Below are positions 32,881 to 42,950 of a DNA stretch of 64,000 nt, one piece after another. Source of the stretch: an uncultured delta proteobacterium. Lineage in GTDB: Bacteria > Desulfobacterota > RBG-13-43-22. The position numbers were made by a program, and so were the translations under genes. Within the stretch, counting starts at the first letter, position 1. Every line of letters starts with the position of its first letter. The notes below the pieces were generated by a model, which had not been told where the DNA came from, did not search any database, and worked only from the letters and a program-made list of their open reading frames with translations. The stretch lies in NCBI GenBank assembly GCA_963711835.1, contig CAVQFQ010000006.1:1-64000 (forward strand), written 5' to 3'.

Positions 32881-33411
32881 GTGAAACCTAAAAAGTACGG
32901 AAAAGCACTGGCAATCTTCAGTCTCTTCATGATGATCGGGTTTTCAGGGTGCGGGTATGGCTTCCGCGGTACGGTGAATAATCTGCCGCCGGATATTAAG
33001 GAGATCGCCATCCCGGTTTTTGTCAACGAGACCAACGAACCGGGCGCCGAAATCGTTTTCGCCAATGCCTTGGTTTATGAATTTGCTCGGAGCCGCATTC
33101 TGAAGGTGGTTCCCGAATCAGAAGCCCAGGCCGTGCTGAACGGAAAGATAAAAGCGGTAACGGTGGATTCGGTGATCTATGCCACTACCAGCCAGTCTTT
33201 GGAGAGAAGGGTTACCCTGATCATAGAGGTTACCTTCAAGAGGGCCGACAACCAGAAGATCATCTGGCAGAATTTGGGCCTTGTAAGATATGAAACGTTC
33301 ACGGCGAGTGTCGACCCCTCTCAAACCGACCGAAACAAGGAAGAGGCCATCAAGAAAATAGCCAAGGACCTTTCCGAAAGGATCCACAACGGGATTTTGG
33401 AGAACTTTTAA
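32881..33411 (+). CDS. lptE: LPS assembly lipoprotein LptE family
   Basis: Lipobox FSGCGYGF; follows leuS. Confidence 0.8.
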   Translation: MKPKKYGKALAIFSLFMMIGFSGCGYGFRGTVNNLPPDIKEIAIPVFVNETNEPGAEIVFANALVYEFARSRILKVVPESEAQAVLNGKIKAVTVDSVIYATTSQSLERRVTLIIEVTFKRADNQKIIWQNLGLVRYETFTASVDPSQTDRNKEEAIKKIAKDLSERIHNGILENF

Positions 33412-33692
33412 GCCTTGGAGGCAGCCTGATCCGATAACTTGTGGAGCTTCTTTGAGAGCCTGGAAATCTTGCGGGAAGCGGTTCGGGCATGCAAAATTCC
33501 TTTAGAGCCGGCGCGATCGATTAGGGAGGCGGCTTGGCGGAGGGCTGGCCCGGCGGCCTCGATGGACCCGGCCTCCACGGTTTGCTGATATTTCTTAACG
33601 ACCGTCTTAATCCTTGATTTCATGCTGGAATTTCTCAAACGGCGTATCTCGTTTTGTTTTGCCCTCTTGAGGGCCGAAGGATGGTTCGCCAA
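33408..33692 (-). CDS. rpsT: 30S ribosomal protein S20
   Basis: MANHPSALKRAKQ...KGILH..TASRKISRL. Confidence 0.97.
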   Translation of the reverse strand: MANHPSALKRAKQNEIRRLRNSSMKSRIKTVVKKYQQTVEAGSIEAAGPALRQAASLIDRAGSKGILHARTASRKISRLSKKLHKLSDQAASKA

Positions 33693-33785
33693 GGGAGGCC
33701 TCCTTTGATAAAAAATAAAAGCTTAATCATACTATTTTTTTTCAAAATGTCAATTTATTTGTTATAGTACCAGGATTAAAGGATT

Positions 33786-33861
33786 GGGGATGTAGCTCAG
33801 ATGGGAGAGCGGTACGTTCGCAACGTACAGGCCGGGGGTTCGATCCCCCCCATCTCCACCA
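33786..33861 (+). tRNA. tRNA-Ala(CGC)
   Basis: GGGGATGTAGCTCAG...TT-CGC-AA...GGTTCGATCC...CCA; G3:U70 pair. Confidence 0.95.
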
Positions 33862-33954
33862 AAACCCCTGAAGTCCTCTAAGAACGGAGTGCTTAAAAAT
33901 CACCTAACGTTGGGACAAACTCCAGAATGTTCAAACGGAACGGTTTAAAGGAAC

Positions 33955-34554
33955 ATGAGTAAAAAGAAGGGAAGAACGGCCATCATTATCCGGGAGACCC
34001 GGGAGACTCAAATCCGTCTGGAACTTGCTCTCGACGGCACGGGAAAGGCTGCCATTCATTCCCCGATCCCTTTTCTTAACCATATGTTGGAACTGATGAC
34101 TCACCACGGCCATCTGAATTTGTCCATCAAGGCCCAGGGGGATATTGATGTGGGCTTTCACCACAGTGTCGAAGATATCGGGCTGTGTTTGGGCGAGGCC
34201 TTCAACCGTTGCTGGGGGGATTTAAAAGGGGTTCAACGGTATGGGAGTGCCTTGTTGCCCATGGATGAAGCCTTGGTTCTGGTGGCCCTGGATCTTTCCA
34301 AGCGCCCCCATCTAAGCTACGATTGGAAACCCCGTAAAGTCCGGCTAGAAGGGTTTGACACGGCTCTGATCAAGGAATTTTTCCAGGCCCTGGTAAACCG
34401 GGCCGGAATGACGCTGCACCTGAAGGTGTTGTCCGGAGAAAATATCCACCATATCATTGAAGCGATGTTCAAAGGTTTTGGAAGGGCCCTAAATCAGGCG
34501 ACCCGGTACCAGCGAGGACTGAAAGCCGTTCCATCAACCAAAGGGATTCTGTAA
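33955..34554 (+). CDS. hisB: Imidazoleglycerol-phosphate dehydratase
   Basis: RETRET, FLNHML, HHSVED, HHIIEA, PSTKG. Confidence 0.96.
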   Translation: MSKKKGRTAIIIRETRETQIRLELALDGTGKAAIHSPIPFLNHMLELMTHHGHLNLSIKAQGDIDVGFHHSVEDIGLCLGEAFNRCWGDLKGVQRYGSALLPMDEALVLVALDLSKRPHLSYDWKPRKVRLEGFDTALIKEFFQALVNRAGMTLHLKVLSGENIHHIIEAMFKGFGRALNQATRYQRGLKAVPSTKGIL

Positions 34555-35210
34555 TGCAAAAATTGATCTGCTGCTGTTTGATTCTCCTTTTCGGGACGGC
34601 CTTTTCCGGGCCCCTTAAGGCGGAAAGCCTCCCGAATCCGGTTCGGGTGGCTGTTGTTCCTTTCCAGTCTGAATCGGCTCCAGATCGGGATTATATCCGT
34701 TGCCGGGCTTGCGGTGCGATCCTGAAAAGCGGGCCGATTGAAGGAGACCCGACGCCTCTCCTGACTGAAATGATCTGGCATCTGCTCCTGGAACGGGGGA
34801 AGGGATATGAGTTCATCAGCCCCGGCCAAGTGGAAGGAGTTTACAATACCTTGTTGGCCAAGGGTTTCGAAAGGAATACCGGCCTCTTGATGCAGTCCCT
34901 GGGAAAACAGATAAAGGCCGATTATATACTCTGGGGTGCGGTAACGCATTATCAGGAAAGGCAAGGCACCCCGTTCGCCGCCCAGCGTCCGGCCGCAGCC
35001 ACCCTGGATGTTCATCTTTTAAAGGTCCAAGATGGGGCTTTGGTCTGGAAGGCCCACTGGTCGGAAACCCAGAAATCCCTCTCGGAAAATCTTTTTGAGA
35101 TAGAGGCCTTCCTGAAGAGAAAGGCGCGCTGGGTAACCGTGGAAGAGCTCTCTCACCAGGGTTTGGAGGAGATGCTGAAAACCTTTCCGCCGGCCGATAC
35201 CCTGCGATGA
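34554..35210 (+). CDS. Exported hypothetical protein (CsgG/lipoprotein-like alpha-beta fold)
   Basis: Signal peptide, RVAVVPF, CRACG, ADYILWG; coupled to the hisB stop. Confidence 0.6.
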   Translation: MQKLICCCLILLFGTAFSGPLKAESLPNPVRVAVVPFQSESAPDRDYIRCRACGAILKSGPIEGDPTPLLTEMIWHLLLERGKGYEFISPGQVEGVYNTLLAKGFERNTGLLMQSLGKQIKADYILWGAVTHYQERQGTPFAAQRPAAATLDVHLLKVQDGALVWKAHWSETQKSLSENLFEIEAFLKRKARWVTVEELSHQGLEEMLKTFPPADTLR

Positions 35211-35250
35211 ATCCGACAAGCCCAAAGAGGCTGATTCTTTCAGGCCGACC

Positions 35251-36003
35251 ATGATCATTATCCCGGCTGTAGATATAAAAGGCGGCAAATGTGTCCGCCT
35301 CCGCCAGGGACGAGCCGATCAGGAAACCGTTTTTTCAGACCATCCCCTGGAAATGGCCTTAAAGTGGCGCCAGGAGGGGGCTGAGCGTCTTCATATCATT
35401 GACCTGGATGGGGCTTTTGAAAAAAGGCCCCGGAATGAATCCATTATTCAAGAAATCGTCCGGGAGGCGGGTATCCCGGTCCAACTGGGGGGAGGTATCC
35501 GGGACCTGCATACGATCCAAGCCTATCTTTCCCTTGGTTTGTCCCAGGTCATTCTGGGAACCGTAGCCTTAAAAGAACCGGACTTGGTCAAGGAGGCCTG
35601 CCGGCTCTTCCCGGGCCGGATCATGGTCAGCTTAGACGCCCGGGATAATCGGCTGGCTGTCGAAGGTTGGACCGAATGGAGCGATCGTGATCCGCTGGAT
35701 CTGGTGAAGCCCTATCAAGACTGGGGAGTAAGGGCCATTATCTTCACCGATATTCGACGGGATGGGACCCAGAAAGGTCCGGCTATCCGTTCCACCCGGA
35801 GACTGGTACGGTCTACCAAGCTCCCGGTTATCGCTGCCGGTGGAATTGCGACCTTGAAGGATATCCAACGGTTAGCCCCTTTAGAACCGGAGGGGTTGGC
35901 CGCGGTCATAAGCGGTAAAGCGCTCTATTCGGGTTCCCTGGATCTCGCCCAGGCCATTGACTGGTTAAAAAAAAATACCCTCCCTTTCCCGGATTTTCCT
36001 TGA
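35251..36003 (+). CDS. hisA: ProFAR isomerase
   Basis: IIPAVDIKGGKCVRL, HIIDLDGA, GGGIR, TDIRRDG. Confidence 0.96.
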   Translation: MIIIPAVDIKGGKCVRLRQGRADQETVFSDHPLEMALKWRQEGAERLHIIDLDGAFEKRPRNESIIQEIVREAGIPVQLGGGIRDLHTIQAYLSLGLSQVILGTVALKEPDLVKEACRLFPGRIMVSLDARDNRLAVEGWTEWSDRDPLDLVKPYQDWGVRAIIFTDIRRDGTQKGPAIRSTRRLVRSTKLPVIAAGGIATLKDIQRLAPLEPEGLAAVISGKALYSGSLDLAQAIDWLKKNTLPFPDFP

Positions 36004-36028
36004 CGGGTACCCATTGAACAATTATATT
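36000..36028 (+). promoter_or_regulatory. Probable sigma70 promoter for yqeY-dnaG-rpoD
   Basis: TTGACG-N17-TATATT. Confidence 0.5.
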
Positions 36029-36117
36029 AGTAAGGTTAAACAAAATCTTATAGTTAACCTGGGCGAAACCCCCGATTCCGGCCGGTTCAACTAACCAGGC
36101 ACGGGTCTTGTTGCTTC

Positions 36118-36567
36118 ATGTCCCTTAGCGAAGAGATAGAAAGAGAATACCTAAAGGCCTATAAGAACCAGGACAAATTAACGGTCTCGGTTCTGAGGAT
36201 CCTCCGAGCTTATTTAAAAAATAAGCAGGTTGAACAACGGGGAAAATTAGAGGAAGCGGAAAGTTTGGCTGTCCTCAGGGGGTTGATACGACAGGGTAAA
36301 GAGTCAATTGAACAGTTTTCAAAGGGCGGACGGCAGGACTTAGTTGAAAAAGAGAAGGCCGAACTGGAGGTATTATCCGCCTTTTTGCCGACCCAGGCCC
36401 CGGTGGAGGAAATAGATCAGATCATTGAACAGGTCATCCGGGAGGTAAAGGCCGTTACCCTGAAGGATATGGGAAAGGTCATGAAACCGGTTATGACCCG
36501 TCTGGCTGGAAGAGCCGACGGCCAAATGATCCAGGCCAAGGTCAAGGAAAAACTTTCCCAAGGATAG
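36118..36567 (+). CDS. GatB/YqeY domain protein
   Basis: ESIEQF.KGGRQDL, FLP, DMGKVM, GRADG. Confidence 0.92.
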   Translation: MSLSEEIEREYLKAYKNQDKLTVSVLRILRAYLKNKQVEQRGKLEEAESLAVLRGLIRQGKESIEQFSKGGRQDLVEKEKAELEVLSAFLPTQAPVEEIDQIIEQVIREVKAVTLKDMGKVMKPVMTRLAGRADGQMIQAKVKEKLSQG

Positions 36568-36698
36568 CGTCCGACACGGTCCTCTTCCCGAGGGATCGAG
36601 GATTAGAGGCTGTGGTTCTAAACGGATGGTTATCTGCCTTTAGATTCTTAAAATTTGTTTTCCTATCCTGACTTCTTTTTTACACATTCCAGGAAGCA

Positions 36699-38495
36699 TT
36701 GATGTCACAGGCCCCTTTTATTCCCGAAACCGTGATCGCTCAAATCAAAGATACGGCCAACATCGTCTCCATGATTTCCGAGTTTGTGTCTTTAAAAAAA
36801 GTCGGGCGTAATTTTCAGGGCCTGTGTCCTTTTCATGCCGAAAAGACTCCCTCTTTTATGGTTAATGAGGAGAAACAGATCTTCCATTGTTTCGGGTGCG
36901 GTCTGGGCGGCAATATTTTTACCTTTCTTATGAATGTTAACCATCTGACCTTTCCGGAGGCCGTCAGCGATCTGGCCCGGCGGTTTCATATAGCCATCCC
37001 GGAAACATCCTCTTTCAAAACGCTCCCGGTTCGGGACCAGGTGAAGGAAGAATTAAGAACCCTGCAGGGCCAGGCTGCGGAGTTTTTTCATCATCTGTTA
37101 ATGAAGGAGAAGGCCGGGCAAAAGGCTCGGGAGTATTTGCGTCACCGGGGGATGACCGGGAAAATCGCCCAGGATTTCCTTTTGGGTTATGCTCCCGAAG
37201 GATGGGAAACCCTGGCCACCTTTTTTAAAAAAAAGAAAGTTCCGGAAGGGCTCCTGGAGCAGTCCGGTTTAGTGATTAAAAGGGAAAAAGGGAACTTCTA
37301 CGATCGGTTTCGGAACCGCTTGATCTTTCCTATTCTGGATGAGCAAAAACGGGTGATCGGGTTTGGGGGGCGGGCCCTGGGCCCCGAATCACCCAAGTAT
37401 TTGAATTCGCCGGAATCCCCTCTTTTTAGCAAAAGCCGGGTGCTGTACGGCCTTCCCCAGGCCCAGGCCTCGATACGAAGCCGAAACCAGGTCGTGCTGG
37501 TCGAGGGCTACTTCGATCTCTTATCCCTTCACCTGCATGGTTTTACCCAGGCCGTGGCCACCATGGGGACGGCCCTGGGAGCCACCCGGATCAGACGATT
37601 AAAAGGGATGGCCCAGGATATTATTCTGCTCTTTGACGGGGATCCTCCCGGTATCCAGGCGGCCTTACGCTCCGTGCCCCTCTTTCAGGAGGAGGGGGTC
37701 TCGGCACGAATCAAGGTCCTGCCTCCCGACACCGATCCGGACAGCTTCCTTTTCCAGGTGGGGCCAAAGAAATTTTCAGATGAACTCCAACTGGCCGTGC
37801 CCATGATGACTTTTTTCCTTGATCAGCAGATCCAGGAGGGCATCAGCACGGTCAAGGATCAGGCCAGGGTGATAGACCGGTTGATTCCCACCCTTAACGG
37901 ACTGGTCTCCGAGGTGGAACGGGGGTACTACGTTTCTCAGGTGAGTCAAAAGTTAAACGTGTCCGAAGCGGTCCTCTGGCGGGCCTTAAAGTCTCAGAGG
38001 GCGGGGAGCAAAGGTTCCGGCGGGATGGAGCATTTTCTTTCCGGGGTGCAGGTGAAAGGGTTGGAGTGGCGGATCATCGAAGCCTTGCTGCGGATTCCGG
38101 AGGCCCTGCCCATACTCCGAAACAGGGATCTGGAGAAGATTCTGGAATCAACCGAGGCCCGGACGATCTATAAAATGATGCTGGCCATGGCTGAAGCAAA
38201 GGGGAACGTGAATCCCAGCCTCTTAGTCAACGGCCTGGAAGATCAATCTCTGAAGAACCTGGTGGCGGCCCTGGCCATTCAGGAATTTATCACCCAGAAG
38301 GATGAAAAGGTCTTTTTGTCCGACCTATTGAAGAAAATCCAGATGCGGACCTTGCAGGACCGGCAGAAGGCCCTTTCCCAGGAGATCAGTGCCAAAGAGA
38401 AATTGGGCCTGACCGAGGAACTAAAATCGCTTTTGGCCTTGAAACAGGATTTGTTGCAAAGGAGAAAAGAACTCCTAATCTCTTCGAAAGGATAA
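36699..38495 (+). CDS. dnaG: DNA primase
   Basis: CPFH.EKTPSF..CFGC, KYLNSPE, VEGYFD, FDGD. Confidence 0.97.
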   Translation: MMSQAPFIPETVIAQIKDTANIVSMISEFVSLKKVGRNFQGLCPFHAEKTPSFMVNEEKQIFHCFGCGLGGNIFTFLMNVNHLTFPEAVSDLARRFHIAIPETSSFKTLPVRDQVKEELRTLQGQAAEFFHHLLMKEKAGQKAREYLRHRGMTGKIAQDFLLGYAPEGWETLATFFKKKKVPEGLLEQSGLVIKREKGNFYDRFRNRLIFPILDEQKRVIGFGGRALGPESPKYLNSPESPLFSKSRVLYGLPQAQASIRSRNQVVLVEGYFDLLSLHLHGFTQAVATMGTALGATRIRRLKGMAQDIILLFDGDPPGIQAALRSVPLFQEEGVSARIKVLPPDTDPDSFLFQVGPKKFSDELQLAVPMMTFFLDQQIQEGISTVKDQARVIDRLIPTLNGLVSEVERGYYVSQVSQKLNVSEAVLWRALKSQRAGSKGSGGMEHFLSGVQVKGLEWRIIEALLRIPEALPILRNRDLEKILESTEARTIYKMMLAMAEAKGNVNPSLLVNGLEDQSLKNLVAALAIQEFITQKDEKVFLSDLLKKIQMRTLQDRQKALSQEISAKEKLGLTEELKSLLALKQDLLQRRKELLISSKG

Positions 38496-38504
38496 GGAGC
38501 CCTT

Positions 38505-40250
38505 ATGTCGAAAGATACGACGATGGAAGATTTGAATAAAATGATTTCCTTAAATAAGGAAAAAGAATTTTTGGATTTAGAGGAAACCACTGAGGCCCTG
38601 CCTCCGGATCTGGTGGGAACCGAACCGATCGATGACATGATTTACTTGTTCGATGAGACCGATATTCAGATTTTGGAGGGCACTCCCCGCCTGCGATCCA
38701 AAGATAAAGTGGATGAAGACCGGGTGGAGGAAGAGGAAGAAGAAGAACTGAAGTGGGGCGTCGATACCGGAATCAAGACTAACGATCCCGTGAAAATGTA
38801 CTTAAAGGAAATGGGCTTTTATTCTCTCCTGACCCGGGAAGGAGAAGTGGAAATCGCCAAACGGATTGAGGAGGGACGGCATGAGGTCATTGACGCCCTT
38901 CTGGAATCCCAGGTCGGGATCAAAGAAATCCTGACCCTGGGGGAGAAATTCGACCAGGGGATCATAAAATTGAGAGAAATCGTCCGGGACATGGATGATG
39001 ATGATCCTTTTATCGAAACCGAAGCGCATCGGAAGAAAGTGCACCTGCTCTTCAGCGAGGTGGAGACCCTTTATGAGAAAAACAGGAAACTCCAGGATCG
39101 ATTGGGCCATGACCTGACTCCCTTAAAGAAAAGGAAGATCCGGGATCAGATTGAGGAGAACAAAAGGCTTATCGTGGAACGGCTTAAGGATCTGAGACTG
39201 GATAAAAGGCAGATTGATCGAATCATCAATAAGCTCAGGGGCTTTACGGATCGCATTGAAAAAGGGGAACGGGAAGTTCAGGATTGCGTCAACAAGACCT
39301 GCCTCCCTCTCCTCGATTTAAAAAAATCCCTGCGTAAATTAAAACGAGAAGGACAGGCCCGATCCCTGACCCGTTCCACTAAGCTTCCCAAGGAGATCCT
39401 CTTGGAGTTGGATAAAAAAATCCGTAACGGGGAGCGAAAGATCCGGCGGGTGGAGCAGGAGTCGAAGATGACCGCCAAATCCCTCAAGAAAATTCTGAGG
39501 CAGGTGGAGGAGGGAGAGGAAAAGGCCCGGGAAGCCAAAGCCGAGTTGATCGAGGCCAATCTGCGGCTGGTGGTCAGCATTGCCAAGAAGTACACCAATC
39601 GGGGGCTGCAGTTCTTAGACCTGATCCAGGAAGGTAATATCGGCTTAATGAAGGCGGTGGATAAATTTGAATATCAACGAGGCTATAAATTCAGTACCTA
39701 CGCCACTTGGTGGGTCCGCCAGGCCATTACCCGGGCCATCGCCGACCAGGCCCGAACCATCCGCATCCCGGTCCATATGATTGAAACCATCAATAAATTG
39801 ATTCGGACGGCCCGCTATCTGGTCCAGGAATTGGGCCGGGAACCCACGCCCGAAGAAATAGCCGAGAGGATGGAGTATCCTTTGGATAAGGTACGCAAGG
39901 TTCTTAAAATCGCCAAAGAGCCCATTTCCCTGGAAACTCCGATCGGAGAGGAAGAAGACAGCCATCTGCGAGATTTCATCGAGGACAAGAAAATCCTGTC
40001 TCCCTCGGAAGCGGTGATCAAGTTAAATCTCTCCGAACAGACGCGCCGGGTCCTGTCTACCCTGACCCCCCGGGAGGAGAAGGTCCTGCGCATGCGCTTC
40101 GGGATCGGTGAAAAGGCCGACCATACCCTCGAGGAGGTGGGCCGGGATTTTGATGTGACCCGGGAACGGATCAGGCAGATTGAGGCCAAGGCCTTGCGCA
40201 AACTCCGCCACCCCAGCCGAAGCAAACGGCTCAAGGCCTTTGTAGAATAA
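38505..40250 (+). CDS. rpoD: Primary sigma factor sigma70
   Basis: [36 protein letters not shown]. Confidence 0.98.
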   Translation: MSKDTTMEDLNKMISLNKEKEFLDLEETTEALPPDLVGTEPIDDMIYLFDETDIQILEGTPRLRSKDKVDEDRVEEEEEEELKWGVDTGIKTNDPVKMYLKEMGFYSLLTREGEVEIAKRIEEGRHEVIDALLESQVGIKEILTLGEKFDQGIIKLREIVRDMDDDDPFIETEAHRKKVHLLFSEVETLYEKNRKLQDRLGHDLTPLKKRKIRDQIEENKRLIVERLKDLRLDKRQIDRIINKLRGFTDRIEKGEREVQDCVNKTCLPLLDLKKSLRKLKREGQARSLTRSTKLPKEILLELDKKIRNGERKIRRVEQESKMTAKSLKKILRQVEEGEEKAREAKAELIEANLRLVVSIAKKYTNRGLQFLDLIQEGNIGLMKAVDKFEYQRGYKFSTYATWWVRQAITRAIADQARTIRIPVHMIETINKLIRTARYLVQELGREPTPEEIAERMEYPLDKVRKVLKIAKEPISLETPIGEEEDSHLRDFIEDKKILSPSEAVIKLNLSEQTRRVLSTLTPREEKVLRMRFGIGEKADHTLEEVGRDFDVTRERIRQIEAKALRKLRHPSRSKRLKAFVE

Positions 40251-40267
40251 GGAACGGAGATTGAAGG

Positions 40268-40296
40268 TTGACAATCCCCGTTAAATTGAATACATT
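40268..40296 (+). promoter_or_regulatory. Probable sigma70 promoter for tRNA-Ile2
   Basis: TTGACA-N17-TACATT. Confidence 0.6.
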
Positions 40297-40327
40297 ACTT
40301 TCAATAGTGCGCACCGAAAATTGGATT

Positions 40328-40403
40328 GGGCCCATAGCTCAGTTGGAAGAGCCACCGGCTCATAACCGGAAGGTCCCTGGTTCGAGGCCAGGTGGGCCCA
40401 CCA
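40328..40403 (+). tRNA. tRNA with CAT anticodon, most likely tRNA-Ile2 (lysidine)
   Basis: GGGCCCATAGCTCAG...CT-CAT-AA...CCA; paired G1:C72 and no GGG/CCC anticodon stem, so not the initiator tRNA. Confidence 0.88.
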
Positions 40404-40523
40404 ACCAGGACTCCTGGCGGTCGAAACACAGGAGCGGTTCCTTCGCTAAAGAAGGCTTGACCCTGATCGTATGAAATCTGAAATCATTTTCAATCCCAAT
40501 CCCCGGATGACTCGGGGCCGATG

Positions 40524-40555
40524 AAGGGTGCAGCCGGCAGTCTGCACCCTTTTTT
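40524..40555 (+). terminator. Intrinsic terminator
   Basis: AAGGGTGCAG-loop-CTGCACCCTT followed by a T run. Confidence 0.75.
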
Positions 40556-40607
40556 ATTTGGGGTGCCGGCTTTTAAAAATTATAAACCAAACCTCTCTTT
40601 TTGAAAA

Positions 40608-41726
40608 ATGGCGGTCAAAGTTCGGGAGATACAATCCTGGCTGGAATCCCGGTTTCCTCCCTCTTGGGCAGAGGAATGGGATCAGATCGGTTTACAATTG
40701 GGAGATCCGGACCAGCCGGTGAGGCGAATCGGGGTGGCCTTGGAGGCCAGCCCCGGATCGGTTTCCTGGGCTGTTACCAACAGGCTGGATCTGATCATTT
40801 CCCATCACCCTCTTTTTTTCGCCCCCATTCGGGCCTTGACTTCCTCAACCGACCCGGGACCAACCGCCCTGACCCTGATCCGTGAGAAGGTGGCTCTCCT
40901 GGTGGCCCATACCAATCTGGATGCGGCCCCGGAAGGAGTCAGCACCGCTCTGGCCCGCCGTTTAGGATTAGCCGGTCTGGTCCCTTTGGAAAAAAAAACG
41001 GCCGACCTGGTCAAACTGGTGGTTTTTATACCCCTGGGCTATGAAGAAAAAATTGCCTCTCTTCTGGATTTTCCCGGTGTCGGCCGTATCGGGTCTTATC
41101 GCGGTTGTAGCTTTAAAGTAAGAGGGGAGGGGACTTTTTTGCCGGAAGAGGGTAGCCGACCCTTTAAGGGGCATCCCGGGCAAAGGGAGAGGGCCGCGGA
41201 ATGGCGCCTGGAAGTCCAGGTGGAGCGGAATCGGCTATCGGATCTTCTGAGAAAAATCCGCTTACAGCATCCTTATGAGGAAATGGCCTATGACGTCACC
41301 CCGCTTGAAAACCGAGCGCAGCAGGTGGGGATAGGCCGGATAGGCCATTATGATCCCCCTTGTTCCTGGGGGTCCCTCGTTAAAAAAATCAAACAGGAGG
41401 TCGAGGCCCCCTCCATCCGGGTCAGCGGGAAAATTCCAGCGGCGATTCAAAAGGTGGCCGTATGCGGCGGTTCGGGGGGGAAACTGATCCCGGCTGTTCT
41501 GGCCTCCGGGGCCGACGTTTTTATTTCCGGGGAGATCGGCTACCATCCCGTAGTAGCGCTCCAAGGGAAACCTCTGACGCTGATAGAGATCGGCCATTAC
41601 CCTTCGGAAAAGTGGGTACTTCCTCCTCTGCGCCGGGCCTTATCCCAAGCCAATCGGGACCAGGGCTGGGGTGTCGAAGTCAAGGAATTCAGGAAAAAGG
41701 GCGATCCTTATTCCCGATATTATTAA
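40608..41726 (+). CDS. Nif3-like dinuclear metal center protein
   Basis: EEWDQIGL, ISHHPLFF, AHTNLD, HPYEE, IGHY.SE. Confidence 0.93.
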   Translation: MAVKVREIQSWLESRFPPSWAEEWDQIGLQLGDPDQPVRRIGVALEASPGSVSWAVTNRLDLIISHHPLFFAPIRALTSSTDPGPTALTLIREKVALLVAHTNLDAAPEGVSTALARRLGLAGLVPLEKKTADLVKLVVFIPLGYEEKIASLLDFPGVGRIGSYRGCSFKVRGEGTFLPEEGSRPFKGHPGQRERAAEWRLEVQVERNRLSDLLRKIRLQHPYEEMAYDVTPLENRAQQVGIGRIGHYDPPCSWGSLVKKIKQEVEAPSIRVSGKIPAAIQKVAVCGGSGGKLIPAVLASGADVFISGEIGYHPVVALQGKPLTLIEIGHYPSEKWVLPPLRRALSQANRDQGWGVEVKEFRKKGDPYSRYY

Positions 41727-41746
41727 GATCATTCTGGAGAGAATCC

Positions 41747-42475
41747 ATGCAGGAACAACTGGATTATCTGGTAACATTACAGGAAATTGACCGGGCCATT
41801 CAGGAGGCCATCGCCAACGCCGAGGCCAATCCGAAGAGGATCGAAGCCATCGTCATCGAGATCCAAGAGGCTCAGGACTCCTTTCAACTTTTTCTGCAAG
41901 GGGTTGACGACTTGAAGAAACAGAGAAAAGGGTTGGAAAAGGAAATCGATGAGCTGGATCAAAAGATTAAAAAAAGCCAGTTGCGATTGATGGAGGTCAA
42001 GAACAACAAAGAATATAAGGCCATGCTGACCGAAATCGAGGAAACCAAAAAGGGGAAAGGCGAAAAAGAAGATCAGCTGCTGGAACTGCTGGAGAAGTTG
42101 GAGGAGAAGACCCAAAAGGGAAAGGAATTAAAAAAATCCCTGGAGAAGAAAACGGAAGAGGCCCAAAATAGAAAAGGGGAGCTGGAAAAAGAAGGCAAGG
42201 ATGTTTCCCGGAAGCTCTCGGCCTTGGACCGAAAACGGAAAGAGCTCATTCCCCGGGTCGATTCCGCTTTGCTGAAACAATACGAGTTTTTAAAAGATCG
42301 TTTAAAAGGGGTGGCTGTCGTTGAAGTAAAAGAGTACGCCTGTTTGGGTTGTCATATGCAAATCCCACCCCAGCTTTATAATGAATTGCATCGTCAGGAT
42401 CGGATCATCGCCTGCCCCAGTTGTCTCCGGATTCTCTATTATAAAGTGAATCCGGCTGCCGGGGGGGAGGCCTAA
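41747..42475 (+). CDS. Coiled-coil protein with C4 zinc ribbon (DUF164 type)
   Basis: LQEID, long coiled coil, CLGCHM...CPSCLRIL. Confidence 0.9.
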   Translation: MQEQLDYLVTLQEIDRAIQEAIANAEANPKRIEAIVIEIQEAQDSFQLFLQGVDDLKKQRKGLEKEIDELDQKIKKSQLRLMEVKNNKEYKAMLTEIEETKKGKGEKEDQLLELLEKLEEKTQKGKELKKSLEKKTEEAQNRKGELEKEGKDVSRKLSALDRKRKELIPRVDSALLKQYEFLKDRLKGVAVVEVKEYACLGCHMQIPPQLYNELHRQDRIIACPSCLRILYYKVNPAAGGEA

Positions 42476-42477
42476 TC

Positions 42478-42927
42478 GTGCCTTCGGATCCTAAAGGCAG
42501 CGGTCCGGACCCCCTTTGGCTGGTTTATAGCGATGGGGCCTCCAAAGGAAATCCGGGAGCGGCCGGGGCCGGATGGATTATCCGTCGGGCCGATCATTCC
42601 CGGGAGGTTAAAAATTATCGCTTCCTGGGCCAGGCCACTAATAATGAGGCCGAATACCAGGCCTTAATGCTGGCCTTGCAGGAAGCCTTGTCTCTGGGGG
42701 CCAAGGCCGTTCGGATCTGCCTGGACTCGGAGTTGCTGGTCCGTCAGTTGAACGGGCTTTACAAAGTTCGAAGTCCGGCGCTGGGGATTTTTTTTCAGAG
42801 CACCCGAGAACTTTTGAGCCGATTTTCAAAGTATGCTATAATGCATATCCCCAGGGAAGAAAATCGGGAGGCGGATCGGATGGCCAACCGGGCCATCCGA
42901 GAATGGAAAGGGGCACCTGGGGCCTGA
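42478..42927 (+). CDS. rnhA: Ribonuclease HI family protein
   Basis: DGASKGNPG, TNNEAEY, DSEL, NREAD. Confidence 0.92.
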   Translation: MPSDPKGSGPDPLWLVYSDGASKGNPGAAGAGWIIRRADHSREVKNYRFLGQATNNEAEYQALMLALQEALSLGAKAVRICLDSELLVRQLNGLYKVRSPALGIFFQSTRELLSRFSKYAIMHIPREENREADRMANRAIREWKGAPGA

Positions 42928-42950
42928 TCTTGGGCAAAACTTTTTTTAGT

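Noticed and set aside
40328-40403. Initiator tRNA-fMet
   Set aside because: Has a paired 1:72 position and lacks three consecutive G-C pairs in the anticodon stem; Ile2 is more likely.
41462-41746. N-terminal extension of the zinc-ribbon ORF overlapping nif3
   Set aside because: Off-frame overlap; the real start is ATG 41747 after GGAGA.
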